The notes under the pieces: generated by a model
What the model saw: the letters and a program-made list of their open reading frames with translations, nothing else
Databases searched by the model: none
What the model was told of the DNA's origin: nothing
Position numbers and translations under genes: made by a program
Origin: Fidelibacterota bacterium UBA6817
GTDB taxonomy: Bacteria > Fidelibacterota > Fidelibacteria > Fidelibacterales > Fidelibacteraceae
Direction of reading: 5' to 3'
Assembly: GCA_002452555.1 (NCBI GenBank)
Contig: DKER01000038.1
Location: 1 to 57,059, forward strand
Length of the DNA: 57,059 nucleotides
In this document: piece after piece, positions 41,101 through 48,877 of the stretch
Position numbering within the stretch: the stretch's first letter is position 1
Layout of the letters: every line of letters starts with the position of its first letter

Positions 41101-41269
41101 CGTTATGGACAGAACACAGCGATGGGTGTTTCAACCCGAATTAAGCTATCAGTTTTCCCGTAACATCAATGGTTCGGCCTGGTTTATGTACAGTGAGACT
41201 GAAAGCAAATTACCGACAAGAATTTCCCGGGATTTCGGTATTCGGGTCAACATCAGGATTCGGGGATGA
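35165..41269 (+). CDS. sprA: SprA/Sov-like giant outer-membrane translocon (type IX secretion)
   Basis: 2034 aa with signal peptide. QYTGKEDEIIQRIDAGNITLSLP, LVRGVDYEIDYFTGRV, IDDFEGS, EDINGNGRLD, WKLYRIPL, IWINELRV are SprA-family motifs; long amphipathic beta-strand C-terminus. Confidence 0.88.
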   Translation: MSVVKKLYLRVLMSLITTTILWAQSSSPDPDIHFQYHWKPVGIMPFIYSEPSGFDRLKPDPSLPLRFASPVIIGGLRVIREVKADGTIISQYETMNEIPIRKPAVASFDQYYQLKRQGKTEEIWLKEVAQKFDQKTEGVKESSLEIIGADIAGQRVSLRVSGNISIEGRLSQRDQSNQVTSYQETKTTSFIMDQEQNFTIEGRVGDRVSIKVDQDSQRDFNFENTLRIQYTGKEDEIIQRIDAGNITLSLPGTNFVKGQANAAGLYGIKALMKFGPLDVTAIASVEEGQNKKVKWGGGSDSEPVIIQDYEYMRRKYYYVSDVYRQNMYPLDNQSRFVLQRRITRLELYKQVPPQSEGAFMATAWVDPSDTTRYETWAERNFYFKRLEEGSDFILNENLGYFKMITPVNQGDVLAIAYRDTAIVPGDPVPSYREGDLVPSGSSPMHLKLIKPVNPRPNHPTWSLEFKNVYYLGTQNIEKEGFDLKIYYDGGNAALDRHTDGKPYIQMFGLDNRDENGVFGQFDEKVDINPNFLNLRDGELIIPYIQPFTSEQARCSSDPDCFQGKYNPNLPANLSSSALYDTTMNNNAHATEHKFYIHVTYSNRSEVIELKDFMIIEGSEEITANQVKLVRGVDYEIDYFTGRVVLKSNVARNPNADLDISYNSRQVFQLDKKIIAGSRAEYRFGEKNQNFLGATLMYFNKSSIDDQVRVGEEPYRNFIWDVNGEYRRNIDWLTRALNKIPLFNVTGDSYIHLSGEIAQIIPNPNTISNKETGDVNGVANIDDFEGSKRVTSLGVERRGWRMASPPVNTDFLMKYPNNGFMFWYNPYNDIPTNSIWPNREVSANKQNDVTRVLTLVLDPFIENVTGDSLITPETPWVPENSWGGIMKALYSGAFDQSQSKFIEVWAKGTKGVLKIDMGKITEDLKITPDWSTGKPIQNGRLDTEDIPEAGFDIGNGIIDEGENIGLNGLTDEEEIAIGWDPELDNYHFEPGREQYRQINGTEKNEDESGHIPDSEDINGNGRLDVNNDYFTYELDLENSPWFVTETRFTNLPGSPKTGWKLYRIPLTAAIDTVNNPTLTEIEFVRLVYAGVSDQDTLQIASIGLVGNEWQEIGIASLLDSTRYEKNDDIFSITVVNTEDNPEYYSPRGVQGKLDRIYNIRSKEQSLSLEHSELPPGHRTAARKQLYKSENYILYNRIKMFIHGDESFPMDQKQAQFYMQIGRIVSTTDYYEIITPVYAGWDDRNHIDIDFQALTQLKLLNESNLPDTLAYRISSDRKRKEFHVLDENKNPTGKIYRVVGDPSLARIDQFIIGLINDSQDYYTGDIWINELRVSDPKRDKGLAFRGSVNLNMGSFSTLRINSTYQEAEFHEVDKKNPFEGGTTNLTDRKRFDVTYTLNTHTFLPRKWNVSVPVTLQLSESENIPKYAPGSDILLSEIPDSLISRTNRKSVQTSFSKGSTSEFFLTRWTLDRTSMNFTVTDNSRSDMNIKDYSEQSYSGNVSYNARLQKDKGISYLGWIPFIGEKFGDRRFYWKPTLFNYSISSNENVSKNTPWNGDINRNHTWLIKRQFTMNYNPTDKIQLKYNRTADANYRNYIASKWDALKEFSPGEVTNITEGLNATWTPEITAWLKPSFTYGSSFASNQPLSQDYVNVGNTRSISGSLNLNLRTIFTQKKSGSKAPATTPARQTGRPPSATARQSQDKPEEKKAFSFKNLFMTGINNLSPISLRASETRKINHSGLILSDSTGQERVNWAYRYGFSDTPGDSFAVDQVSANYRGLNITRNFSVQSGYQLTKRISTSFDYSLSNTTNESGVNLTETFTQNYFPSGDTGKNGFVLPGWSVKWTGLNTIKYLNKYTSNVTLEHRYAGKQMVQYRNGEELNSTYTHDYQPLIGLTVAFKNGLRTNMRYIRKLEIRNTDADTKKNYTDNATLTMNYNHKGGLSIPLPFMDKLNLENSMDFSMTFTFSNQKGLQRRGDVVEFAVMDRTQRWVFQPELSYQFSRNINGSAWFMYSETESKLPTRISRDFGIRVNIRIRG

Positions 41270-42171
41270 TCAACAAGTTTTACATAGTCGCGGCCGTTTT
41301 TCTTTTTACGGCTGTAGTCATTCGGTCTGAACCGGTATTCACGGGTCAAAAAGCATTTGATTACTTGATACATCAAACCGATATGGGACCCCGAAACCCG
41401 GGGAGTCCCGGCCATCAGGCTTGTCTGGACTGGCTGATCCATCAAGGAAGATTGTTGGCCGATACCGTTGTCGTTCAGCGTTTTACAGGATTTAATCCGT
41501 ATGGAGATTCTGACATTCCTATGGCAAATGTGATTTACCGTTATCGGCCGCATATTAAGAAAAGAGTCATGCTGATGGCTCATTGGGATACCCGTCCCGT
41601 TGCGGATTTGGACCTGTTTGATAAAGATCTTCCCATTCCGGGCGCCAATGACGGGGCAAGCGGTGTGGCCGTTTTGATGCATCTTGCCGAATTATTCAAA
41701 CAGTATCCGCCTACAATCGGCATTGATCTGGCTTTTTGGGACGGAGAAGACTCGGGAAGGCCCTCTCGTCCGGAAGAATTTGCGCAGGGCAGCCGTTTTT
41801 ACAGCCGTAATCAAATTGAACCGGTTCCGCAAAAGGCCATTCTTATTGATATGATCGGTGATGCGGATCTTAAAATTTATTACGAGTTGTATTCTTTAAA
41901 ATTTGCGCCAAAACTTGTTACAGAAATCTGGAAAATTGCCAGAGATATGGGATTTTCGGACGTTTTTATTCCTCTTCAGGGTCCAATGGTTTATGATGAT
42001 CACGTTCCTCTTTCGGGAAAGGGAATTCCATCCATTAATATTATCGATTTCCAGTATCCCCGCGCCGGTTTGAACTATTGGCATACACATGAAGATACGC
42101 CTGACAAATGTTCGCCGCAAAGTCTTGAAATTGTTGGATCGGTTCTGCTTAAATGGGTTTATTCACAATGA
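41266..42171 (+). CDS. M28 family Zn protein, glutaminyl cyclase-like
   Basis: GPRNPGS, AHWDTRP, GANDGASGVAVL, DGED, DMIGD, DDHVP, WHTHEDT; signal peptide; ATGA overlap with sprA. Confidence 0.85.
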   Translation: MINKFYIVAAVFLFTAVVIRSEPVFTGQKAFDYLIHQTDMGPRNPGSPGHQACLDWLIHQGRLLADTVVVQRFTGFNPYGDSDIPMANVIYRYRPHIKKRVMLMAHWDTRPVADLDLFDKDLPIPGANDGASGVAVLMHLAELFKQYPPTIGIDLAFWDGEDSGRPSRPEEFAQGSRFYSRNQIEPVPQKAILIDMIGDADLKIYYELYSLKFAPKLVTEIWKIARDMGFSDVFIPLQGPMVYDDHVPLSGKGIPSINIIDFQYPRAGLNYWHTHEDTPDKCSPQSLEIVGSVLLKWVYSQ

Positions 42172-43016
42172 TTGGAAGCCATATGGAAAAAGGATTTGCT
42201 AAAATACATATTCCCCTCTTAAAAGACATTCAGGATGTGCTAGAGCGGGAACTTATGGAAGCCGGAATAATTCAGGCCATTGAAACCAATGATCATGAGA
42301 TTTTGATCTGGGAAGACTGGAACAAGAGTGATGATATTTTTACACTTTTGAAAAACCGGTTTCCTCATGTCAATATTGTACGGGAATTTGTGCCTGATCA
42401 GGACTGGAATCTGACCTGGATCGAAGGATTCCAGCCGTTGAAAATAAAACGTTTATGGGTTTCACCGCCGTGGCACAGAGATAAAGTCCCTGTAAATGAA
42501 CCGGTTATATGGATTAATCCGGGCTCTGCTTTTGGAACCGGGACACACGAATCAACGCGATTGAGTTTGTTCCTTATGGAAAAACATTTATACAACGGTG
42601 CAAATGTAATTGATCTTGGTTGCGGGTCGGGCATCCTATCTATCGCGGCTTTTATCCTGGGAGCCGAGACCGTGTATGCCTGTGACATTGATCCGCAAAT
42701 CGAGGATAATATCACAGAAAATCTTCAATTAAACGGCCATCCGTCCGTGCAGTGGGAGGTCCGGGATGTTTTAAGCCTGGAGGATTATACGTGTGATTTT
42801 GCCCTGATCAATATCCAGAAACCGGTTATTTTTCCGCTCCTGGATAAATTTGCAACGCTGCCGCGGAAGCGCAAACCGGATAAATTAATTCTTGCGGGAC
42901 TTTTGACGACGGATGCAATAGATCTTGAACGTAAATTGAACCAATCCGGATACCATTTAATGGATTCCTTATCAGAAAAGGAATGGATTGGAGCTTATGC
43001 TGAAAGAAAAGGGTAA
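42153..43016 (+). CDS. prmA: Ribosomal protein L11 methyltransferase
   Basis: DQDWNLTW, PPW, INPGSAFGTGTHESTRL, IDLGCGSGILSI, DIDP. Confidence 0.9.
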   Translation: MGLFTMIGSHMEKGFAKIHIPLLKDIQDVLERELMEAGIIQAIETNDHEILIWEDWNKSDDIFTLLKNRFPHVNIVREFVPDQDWNLTWIEGFQPLKIKRLWVSPPWHRDKVPVNEPVIWINPGSAFGTGTHESTRLSLFLMEKHLYNGANVIDLGCGSGILSIAAFILGAETVYACDIDPQIEDNITENLQLNGHPSVQWEVRDVLSLEDYTCDFALINIQKPVIFPLLDKFATLPRKRKPDKLILAGLLTTDAIDLERKLNQSGYHLMDSLSEKEWIGAYAERKG

Positions 43017-43017
43017 T

Positions 43018-44232
43018 ATGATCATAAAAAAAGCGCTGTTTTTCACTTTATCCGGGATTCTCCTGTTAACCTCCTGCGGGCCGGACGTGCCTGTTTCACC
43101 CGATAACACACTCGGAGATATCCCGATATTGGACGATCCTTTAATAACGGTCCATCCCAATATGGATCAAATACACCTTCAGGTTAAAGGAAGTGATGAT
43201 AAACCGGGTTCTCAACTTTCGGTTTATTCACGGGTTTTTTTAACGGGGAGCGATTCTGTTTGGCTTTTTACCGAATTGAATGACCGGGGTGAAAAGGGAG
43301 ACCAAATCCCCAATGACGGATATTTTGGCATAACAGTTGATACGACCATATCGGATACGGCAAGCGGGATGCTGACAGCACAATTTTTCGCAATAGACAG
43401 TGATGATAATATGTCAGATACGGTTCTGGCTTTTTGGAATTTAAGCAAAAACACGCCGCCATATATTACGAATGTCTGGTCCCCGGATACCGTAATGCGA
43501 CCGGACCCGGGATTGACTGACACGTTTGTTGTTCGGGTTCAGGCCCATGATAATGATGGGTTGAAAGATATCATTGCTGTTTTTTTTCAGGTACGGAGCG
43601 TTGACGACACAACGGTTTGGAACAGTAATCCCCTCTTTGTCCTGAATGATGCAGGAATCGGCGCCGATCGGGTATCCGGAGATGGCATCTATTCCACATC
43701 GCTGACAATCAGCTGGGAAAATCGGCTGGTGGATAATATTTTCAGGTATTATGCTTTGGACTGGTCCGGAAACATGAGTGAATTTGTGCTGGATACGATC
43801 ACAGTTTATAAAGATTTTATCCCGGAAATTCACAATTTCTTTCTCGGAAGCAGCTCGCAGATTACAAAACCAACAGAAGGATCACCTTCCGACAGTGTCT
43901 TGTTTTATGTAAACGTTTCTGATGAAAATGGTCTTGAAGAGATTACATCCGTTCATCTTTTGCGGAAAAATCCGGCAGGATCCTGGAATGAACTCAATTT
44001 TCCACGAGGGTATGATGACGGTTTACATGACGATTTTTCAGCCGGCGACGGATGGTTTACCGTTACGTCTGGATTTGGCCAGGATGATGAAACAGGATCT
44101 TATTATTATCGGGCTGTGGTTACGGATGCTTTCGGAAATTATGTTCTGAGCACGGATTCAATTGCTGTTGATTTAATAGAAGCAATTCCTTCAGGGTTTA
44201 TTCCTGATAATGTGAATAAAAAGCAAAGGTAA
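43018..44232 (+). CDS. Lipoprotein with three Ig-like repeats carrying DxGxxxDxxxxDGx(Y/F) loops (choice-of-anchor X-like)
   Basis: Likely start ATG 43018, lipobox LTSC. Repeats LNDRGEKGDQIPNDGYF, LNDAGIGADRVSGDGIYS, YDDGLHDDFSAGDGWFT. Confidence 0.65.
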   Translation: MIIKKALFFTLSGILLLTSCGPDVPVSPDNTLGDIPILDDPLITVHPNMDQIHLQVKGSDDKPGSQLSVYSRVFLTGSDSVWLFTELNDRGEKGDQIPNDGYFGITVDTTISDTASGMLTAQFFAIDSDDNMSDTVLAFWNLSKNTPPYITNVWSPDTVMRPDPGLTDTFVVRVQAHDNDGLKDIIAVFFQVRSVDDTTVWNSNPLFVLNDAGIGADRVSGDGIYSTSLTISWENRLVDNIFRYYALDWSGNMSEFVLDTITVYKDFIPEIHNFFLGSSSQITKPTEGSPSDSVLFYVNVSDENGLEEITSVHLLRKNPAGSWNELNFPRGYDDGLHDDFSAGDGWFTVTSGFGQDDETGSYYYRAVVTDAFGNYVLSTDSIAVDLIEAIPSGFIPDNVNKKQR

Positions 44233-44240
44233 GGAGAAAA

Positions 44241-45824
44241 ATGATCAGAAAAACAGTCCCCGTTATCTTTGCTTCAATAGCATTATTTTCAATTGTTAAT
44301 GCAGCCCCGTTCCTCGTGGCAGAGAAATTCACATTCAGCGATACCCTGGTCTACGAGGGACTGGGAGCTAACGGCGTCAGCAATATTCTTTTCCTGGACG
44401 ACAGCACCTATTTCTTTTCGACCGGTTACGGATTGTCTGTAACGCCGGATGGTGGCGAGCGCTTTTACACTTATTATAATCATCCCAATGCCGTTCGGTA
44501 TGGAGGCGTAACATCCTTTACATCTCTTGGAACACATTTGTGGGTTGCAACGGCATTCGACAGCGTTGGCGTTGAAGAAAGCACTGCAACGGGCAATGGA
44601 ATCAGTTATAGTCCCGACAGAGGGTTAACCTGGTTACAATATCCGCAAATGGTGGATCATCCCGATTCAAATTTTGTCTTGCTTTACGGAGATACAATTC
44701 GTGCTTTACCGACGACGGTTCCCATAGATAATTTGACATACGATATGGCTGTTCATGTAAACAGTAAAGGCGATACATTATTGTGGGCAACCAGTTTTGC
44801 CGGAGGGACCCGCGTAAGCCGGGATTTGGGAAAAACATGGAAACGGGTTGTTTTGCCGCCGGACAATATGGACTTTCTTGATGACCAAAGTGATTTGAAT
44901 TTTAATCTGAGCCCTGTAGACCGGCCTGACCTGAATCTGACCGGCAATTATAATCATCGTGCATTTTCTGTTATTGCCAAAAATGATTTGGTTGTCGTTG
45001 GAACGGCCGGCGGCGTGAATGTTTCTATGAACAGCGGCCGAACATGGCGGAAATATACGGCTCAAAATTCAGGTCTTAGCGGCAATTTTATTGTAGCCCT
45101 TCATCTTGGGCCGGACGGAACCATTTATGCCGCTGCGCTTCCGGCTGTTGGCGTCGGAGAGTATCAGAGCCTCAGTTTTACAACCAGCGGTTTTGGAGGA
45201 GCGCTGTATTGGGAAAACACTCTAAAAAACAAAAGGCTGTATAATATTAGCACGGCAGCAAATCGTGTTTACGCTGCATCTAAAACCGGAATTTGGGTTT
45301 CTGGCGACAAATGGAACTGGGTTCCCATGGCGTATCCGAAAGACAGAATCTCAGGAGATCAGTTATATTCTGATGAAGTCTATGTTGTTGACACAGATCC
45401 CCTCGGGCGGTTGTGGGCCGGAACGGGAGATGGCCTTGCGTATACGGAGGATGACGGTTATAACTGGGTGATAAAGCGTCGGGTTAACTCTCTTGGACTA
45501 TCAACGGAATTGAAAATTTCAGTCTATCCCAATCCGTTTTCTCCCGGCAGAATGAATTATTTTGAGGGGGAGGGCCATGTTCGATTCCATGTGGCAATTC
45601 CCGAAAACGGCACGCTATCCCTGGACGTGTTTGATTTTGGCATGAATCGCGTCAAAAGGGTTCTAGAAAATGCATCTGTTACATCCGGAGAACAGGATTT
45701 TGTATGGAACGGACGAAACGGTCTGAATGATATCGTAGCAAATGGAACATATTTTGTAAGGGCTCTTTTTAAAGGAAATGGCAAAGAATCGCTGGCGTGG
45801 TCAAAAATCATAATTTTGGAATAA
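44241..45824 (+). CDS. Secreted Asp-box/BNR beta-propeller protein with T9SS-like C-terminal (FlgD-Ig) domain
   Basis: Signal peptide; Asp-boxes TPDGGERF, SPDRGLTW, SRDLGKTW, SMNSGRTW, TEDDGYNW; CTD YPNPFSP...WNGRN...VANGTYF...KIIILE. Confidence 0.75.
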   Translation: MIRKTVPVIFASIALFSIVNAAPFLVAEKFTFSDTLVYEGLGANGVSNILFLDDSTYFFSTGYGLSVTPDGGERFYTYYNHPNAVRYGGVTSFTSLGTHLWVATAFDSVGVEESTATGNGISYSPDRGLTWLQYPQMVDHPDSNFVLLYGDTIRALPTTVPIDNLTYDMAVHVNSKGDTLLWATSFAGGTRVSRDLGKTWKRVVLPPDNMDFLDDQSDLNFNLSPVDRPDLNLTGNYNHRAFSVIAKNDLVVVGTAGGVNVSMNSGRTWRKYTAQNSGLSGNFIVALHLGPDGTIYAAALPAVGVGEYQSLSFTTSGFGGALYWENTLKNKRLYNISTAANRVYAASKTGIWVSGDKWNWVPMAYPKDRISGDQLYSDEVYVVDTDPLGRLWAGTGDGLAYTEDDGYNWVIKRRVNSLGLSTELKISVYPNPFSPGRMNYFEGEGHVRFHVAIPENGTLSLDVFDFGMNRVKRVLENASVTSGEQDFVWNGRNGLNDIVANGTYFVRALFKGNGKESLAWSKIIILE

Positions 45825-45828
45825 TATC

Positions 45829-46755
45829 ATGATATACAATTGGATAAAAAACGTTTCAATTTTTCTCCTGACAGCAGGACTGGCTTACGGAGGCTCTGAC
45901 GAGACAGGAGGGTATGCAGGAGCCTTTCTGAGAATGCCCTTAAGCGCCCGGTCTGCGGCTTTGGGAAATGCGGTCGGGTCTCTTGCGGAAAGTCCTGAAA
46001 ATTTTATTGAAAATCCTGCCCTTCTCTCATCGCTAAACAGGCGTGAATTCGGTTCTTCCTTTCAGTTTCTGACTCTTGACCGGTCTTTGCATATGGTTAG
46101 CCTTGCCCTTCCCCTTCCCCCAAGTGCCGGTCTTGCATTTGCATGGGTACATGCCGGGGTGGGAAAGATTGAAGAACGAAATTTTTCAAATGTCGTCACC
46201 GGAGAACTTCAAACCTCACAGGATGCACTGTATATCGGCTTTTCCAACAGGCTGGGGAAAAGTTTTACCGTCGGGATCAATGCAAAAATCCTGATTGATC
46301 AACTTCCTGACGTTACTGCAACCGGGTTTGGATTGGACCTGGGTTTTTATTATCGAGCCTTTAACACCCTTAATATTGGACTGACACTGAAAGACATTGA
46401 CAGTAAAATCAATTGGAACACCAATAATATTTATACGTTTGGATCCCAAAAATCTGATGCATATCCCAGAATGATTCAGATAAGCGGAGATTATGATTAT
46501 GATGATTGGTTGTTGATGACGATTGCCTATAAAGGCAGTTTTGATATTCGCCCGACCTGGCATGGCGGTTTTGAAGTGAAAACCGGGGAACGTTTTGCTC
46601 TGAGAGCCGGTCTTGACGACAGAATGCCGGTGTTCGGTTTAAGCACCCGATATCATGTCTGGGGAGATATAGATACACGGATAGATTATGCCTTTTTATT
46701 TGGCCGATACAGCGAAGGATACAGTCATGTTTTTACGTGGATTTTCTCGTTTTAA
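45829..46755 (+). CDS. PorV/PorQ-family outer-membrane beta-barrel
   Basis: Signal peptide, AGAFLRMPLSARSAALGNA, NPALL, GFGLDLG, ALRAG, RIDYAF, terminal aromatic IFSF. Confidence 0.8.
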   Translation: MIYNWIKNVSIFLLTAGLAYGGSDETGGYAGAFLRMPLSARSAALGNAVGSLAESPENFIENPALLSSLNRREFGSSFQFLTLDRSLHMVSLALPLPPSAGLAFAWVHAGVGKIEERNFSNVVTGELQTSQDALYIGFSNRLGKSFTVGINAKILIDQLPDVTATGFGLDLGFYYRAFNTLNIGLTLKDIDSKINWNTNNIYTFGSQKSDAYPRMIQISGDYDYDDWLLMTIAYKGSFDIRPTWHGGFEVKTGERFALRAGLDDRMPVFGLSTRYHVWGDIDTRIDYAFLFGRYSEGYSHVFTWIFSF

Positions 46756-47596
46756 AAAATATCATTTTATATTGCTCACACTCCTGGCGGGTTTTGCTTA
46801 TGCAGGAACAGGCCTCACGGTTCTTTCTTTGCCGGAAGATCCTGTGAGGGGATGGTCAACCGTCGGTTCGGACTCTTTTGCGGGTGCTTCATCGTGGCCT
46901 GTATTTCTCCCGGAGGACGGAACGCACTATCACGCTTCTCACACGTTTTGGATGTTTGATACACCCTATTCCAGGGTTATGGCAGGAAACCGGAAATTCT
47001 TTGCGGGTGCTTCCTTTCTTATGACGGAAGGAATTGAAATCCGAACTGATGTCGCAACAGAGCAACCGATTGATGAAACAGGGTATTACAACGGAACCCT
47101 TTTTGCCGGAAGAGAATGGATTATCAATCCGAAATTCCGCATTGGGACCACCGGACAAATTGTTTTTGAACGGCTGTATCATGCTTCTGCCCTCGGGCTG
47201 GCAGTTAACGTTGCAGGGGCATATCGACTTTCTGAGCATGCTTTTGTTACGGCCGGCGTAAAAAATCTGGGTAAAATGCAGCAACTCTATCGGAAATCCA
47301 CACCGTTGCCGCTCAATATATATTCCGGGGTTTTTATTGCTTATAAAGGTCTGAGAACCGGATTTGACGTGAATATTGATGAAAACGGTGAATTTGCAGG
47401 CGATTGTCTTCTTGAATATCGGCTGGACAAAATATTTTCTGCCGGCCTGTCCTATTCAGGCGTAACGAACAGCTGGCATGTGGGGGGAAAACTTCATTAC
47501 AAACAACTTGATATTGGCGTTGGTCAGTTTTTTCTTCAGGATCAGATTGCTTATCCAGTAATGTTCACACTTGCATACTCCCCCGGAAAATTATAG
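46727..47596 (+). CDS. Second, more divergent PorV/PorQ-family barrel
   Basis: Likely start ATG 46727 after GAAGGA. GLTVLSLP, GIEIR, LAVNVAGAY, AGVKNLG, PLPLNIYSG. Confidence 0.6.
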   Translation: MFLRGFSRFKKYHFILLTLLAGFAYAGTGLTVLSLPEDPVRGWSTVGSDSFAGASSWPVFLPEDGTHYHASHTFWMFDTPYSRVMAGNRKFFAGASFLMTEGIEIRTDVATEQPIDETGYYNGTLFAGREWIINPKFRIGTTGQIVFERLYHASALGLAVNVAGAYRLSEHAFVTAGVKNLGKMQQLYRKSTPLPLNIYSGVFIAYKGLRTGFDVNIDENGEFAGDCLLEYRLDKIFSAGLSYSGVTNSWHVGGKLHYKQLDIGVGQFFLQDQIAYPVMFTLAYSPGKL

Positions 47597-47711
47597 GCAG
47601 GAAACACACGATGTCCGGGGGATGAAAAAAGACTGTTGTTATAGAAACAGCATGCGGAATCAACAATTCCTCCTGTAATACAAAGTGCGGAATAGTTATA
47701 TTTGGAATGTT

Positions 47712-48311
47712 ATGAAAATCGCTCATATTCACATATTGTCACTGCTTCTCGCGGCCGTTTTCCTCACATATTCCTGTGAGGATATTCTGGGTGTGCGGGA
47801 TCCGCAACCGCCTGACAGGCCTACCGAGTCCCATTGGGTGCCTCCAACATCACCGGAGCTGGTCATAGCCAATATGGAAAGTGCGTTTGCTTATCGGGAA
47901 TATGAAACATATATCAAGTGTCTGAGTGATACCGGCCAATACAATCTGCCTCTTTACCGGTTTATCCCGTCTGTTGTAACGTCCATCCGATATCCGGGGA
48001 AATTTGACACATGGGGCTTAAATGAAGAACAAGTCTGGTTCCAGTCCGTTCTGGCGTCATGCCCCGGGGACTCTCTGTTACGTCTGAAAATTACAGACGA
48101 TGAGCCCTTTGTAGAATTGCTCGATACGGTTGAATATCAGTTCTCATATACCATCAATCTACATCATATTCGCCAGGGACCTCCCGTTTTATATGAAGGG
48201 AAAGGAATTTTCCGTATGGTGAGAGATGCGAGAAATTATTGGGTGATATATCGCTGGGACGACATCAGCACCGACCATGCGGACTGGACTGATTTAAAGG
48301 CGCTTTTCTGA
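47712..48311 (+). CDS. Lipoprotein of unknown function (possibly NTF2-like fold)
   Basis: Lipobox TYSC; SPELVIANMESAF...YIKCL...YWVIYRWDD; likely start ATG 47712. Confidence 0.6.
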   Translation: MKIAHIHILSLLLAAVFLTYSCEDILGVRDPQPPDRPTESHWVPPTSPELVIANMESAFAYREYETYIKCLSDTGQYNLPLYRFIPSVVTSIRYPGKFDTWGLNEEQVWFQSVLASCPGDSLLRLKITDDEPFVELLDTVEYQFSYTINLHHIRQGPPVLYEGKGIFRMVRDARNYWVIYRWDDISTDHADWTDLKALF

Positions 48312-48877
48312 TGAACAAATTTATATTTCTTCTGCTTTGCGCCGTTCTGTTCATTCTTCCGGTGTCATGCAATAATATATTTGCCCCCGAATTGGGTGAT
48401 ACCGGTAAGCAGGGAATGCTCTATCACCCTGTTATGACCCATCCTTCACAGGTCTTGACCAATTTCAGGTATGCCTACATTTATCGGGACAGTCTTGTTT
48501 ATTCTATGATTATAGACAGTAATTTTGTTTTCGTCTATTATGAACCGGACGATGAAGGCGGAGGCGGGCATTATGAATCATGGCCCAGAGATGTTGAATT
48601 AAGAGCCACGGGCGGACTCTTCCGGGCATTCAGACCTATTGACCTGATCTGGAACACCACGCTTGACAGCAGCTTCAGCTATATAGAAGATGATATTATC
48701 CTGAAAACAGAAAAAGCATGGTTTGACAGTGCCAACTATTCAGAAATGGTAAAATCATTCCAGTTGAATTTGGGCGACAATCTTGTCATTATCGGCTCAG
48801 CCATCTTCAACTTTATTAAGAATCCCTGGGATGGGCAATGGCGTATTGTACGGTGGCGGGATGAATCCAGTTTTTAA
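48311..48877 (+). CDS. Lipoprotein, distant paralogue of the preceding gene
   Basis: Lipobox PVSC; HPSQVLTNFRYAY...YSMII...QWRIVRWRDE; TGATG stop/start overlap. Confidence 0.6.
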   Translation: MNKFIFLLLCAVLFILPVSCNNIFAPELGDTGKQGMLYHPVMTHPSQVLTNFRYAYIYRDSLVYSMIIDSNFVFVYYEPDDEGGGGHYESWPRDVELRATGGLFRAFRPIDLIWNTTLDSSFSYIEDDIILKTEKAWFDSANYSEMVKSFQLNLGDNLVIIGSAIFNFIKNPWDGQWRIVRWRDESSF

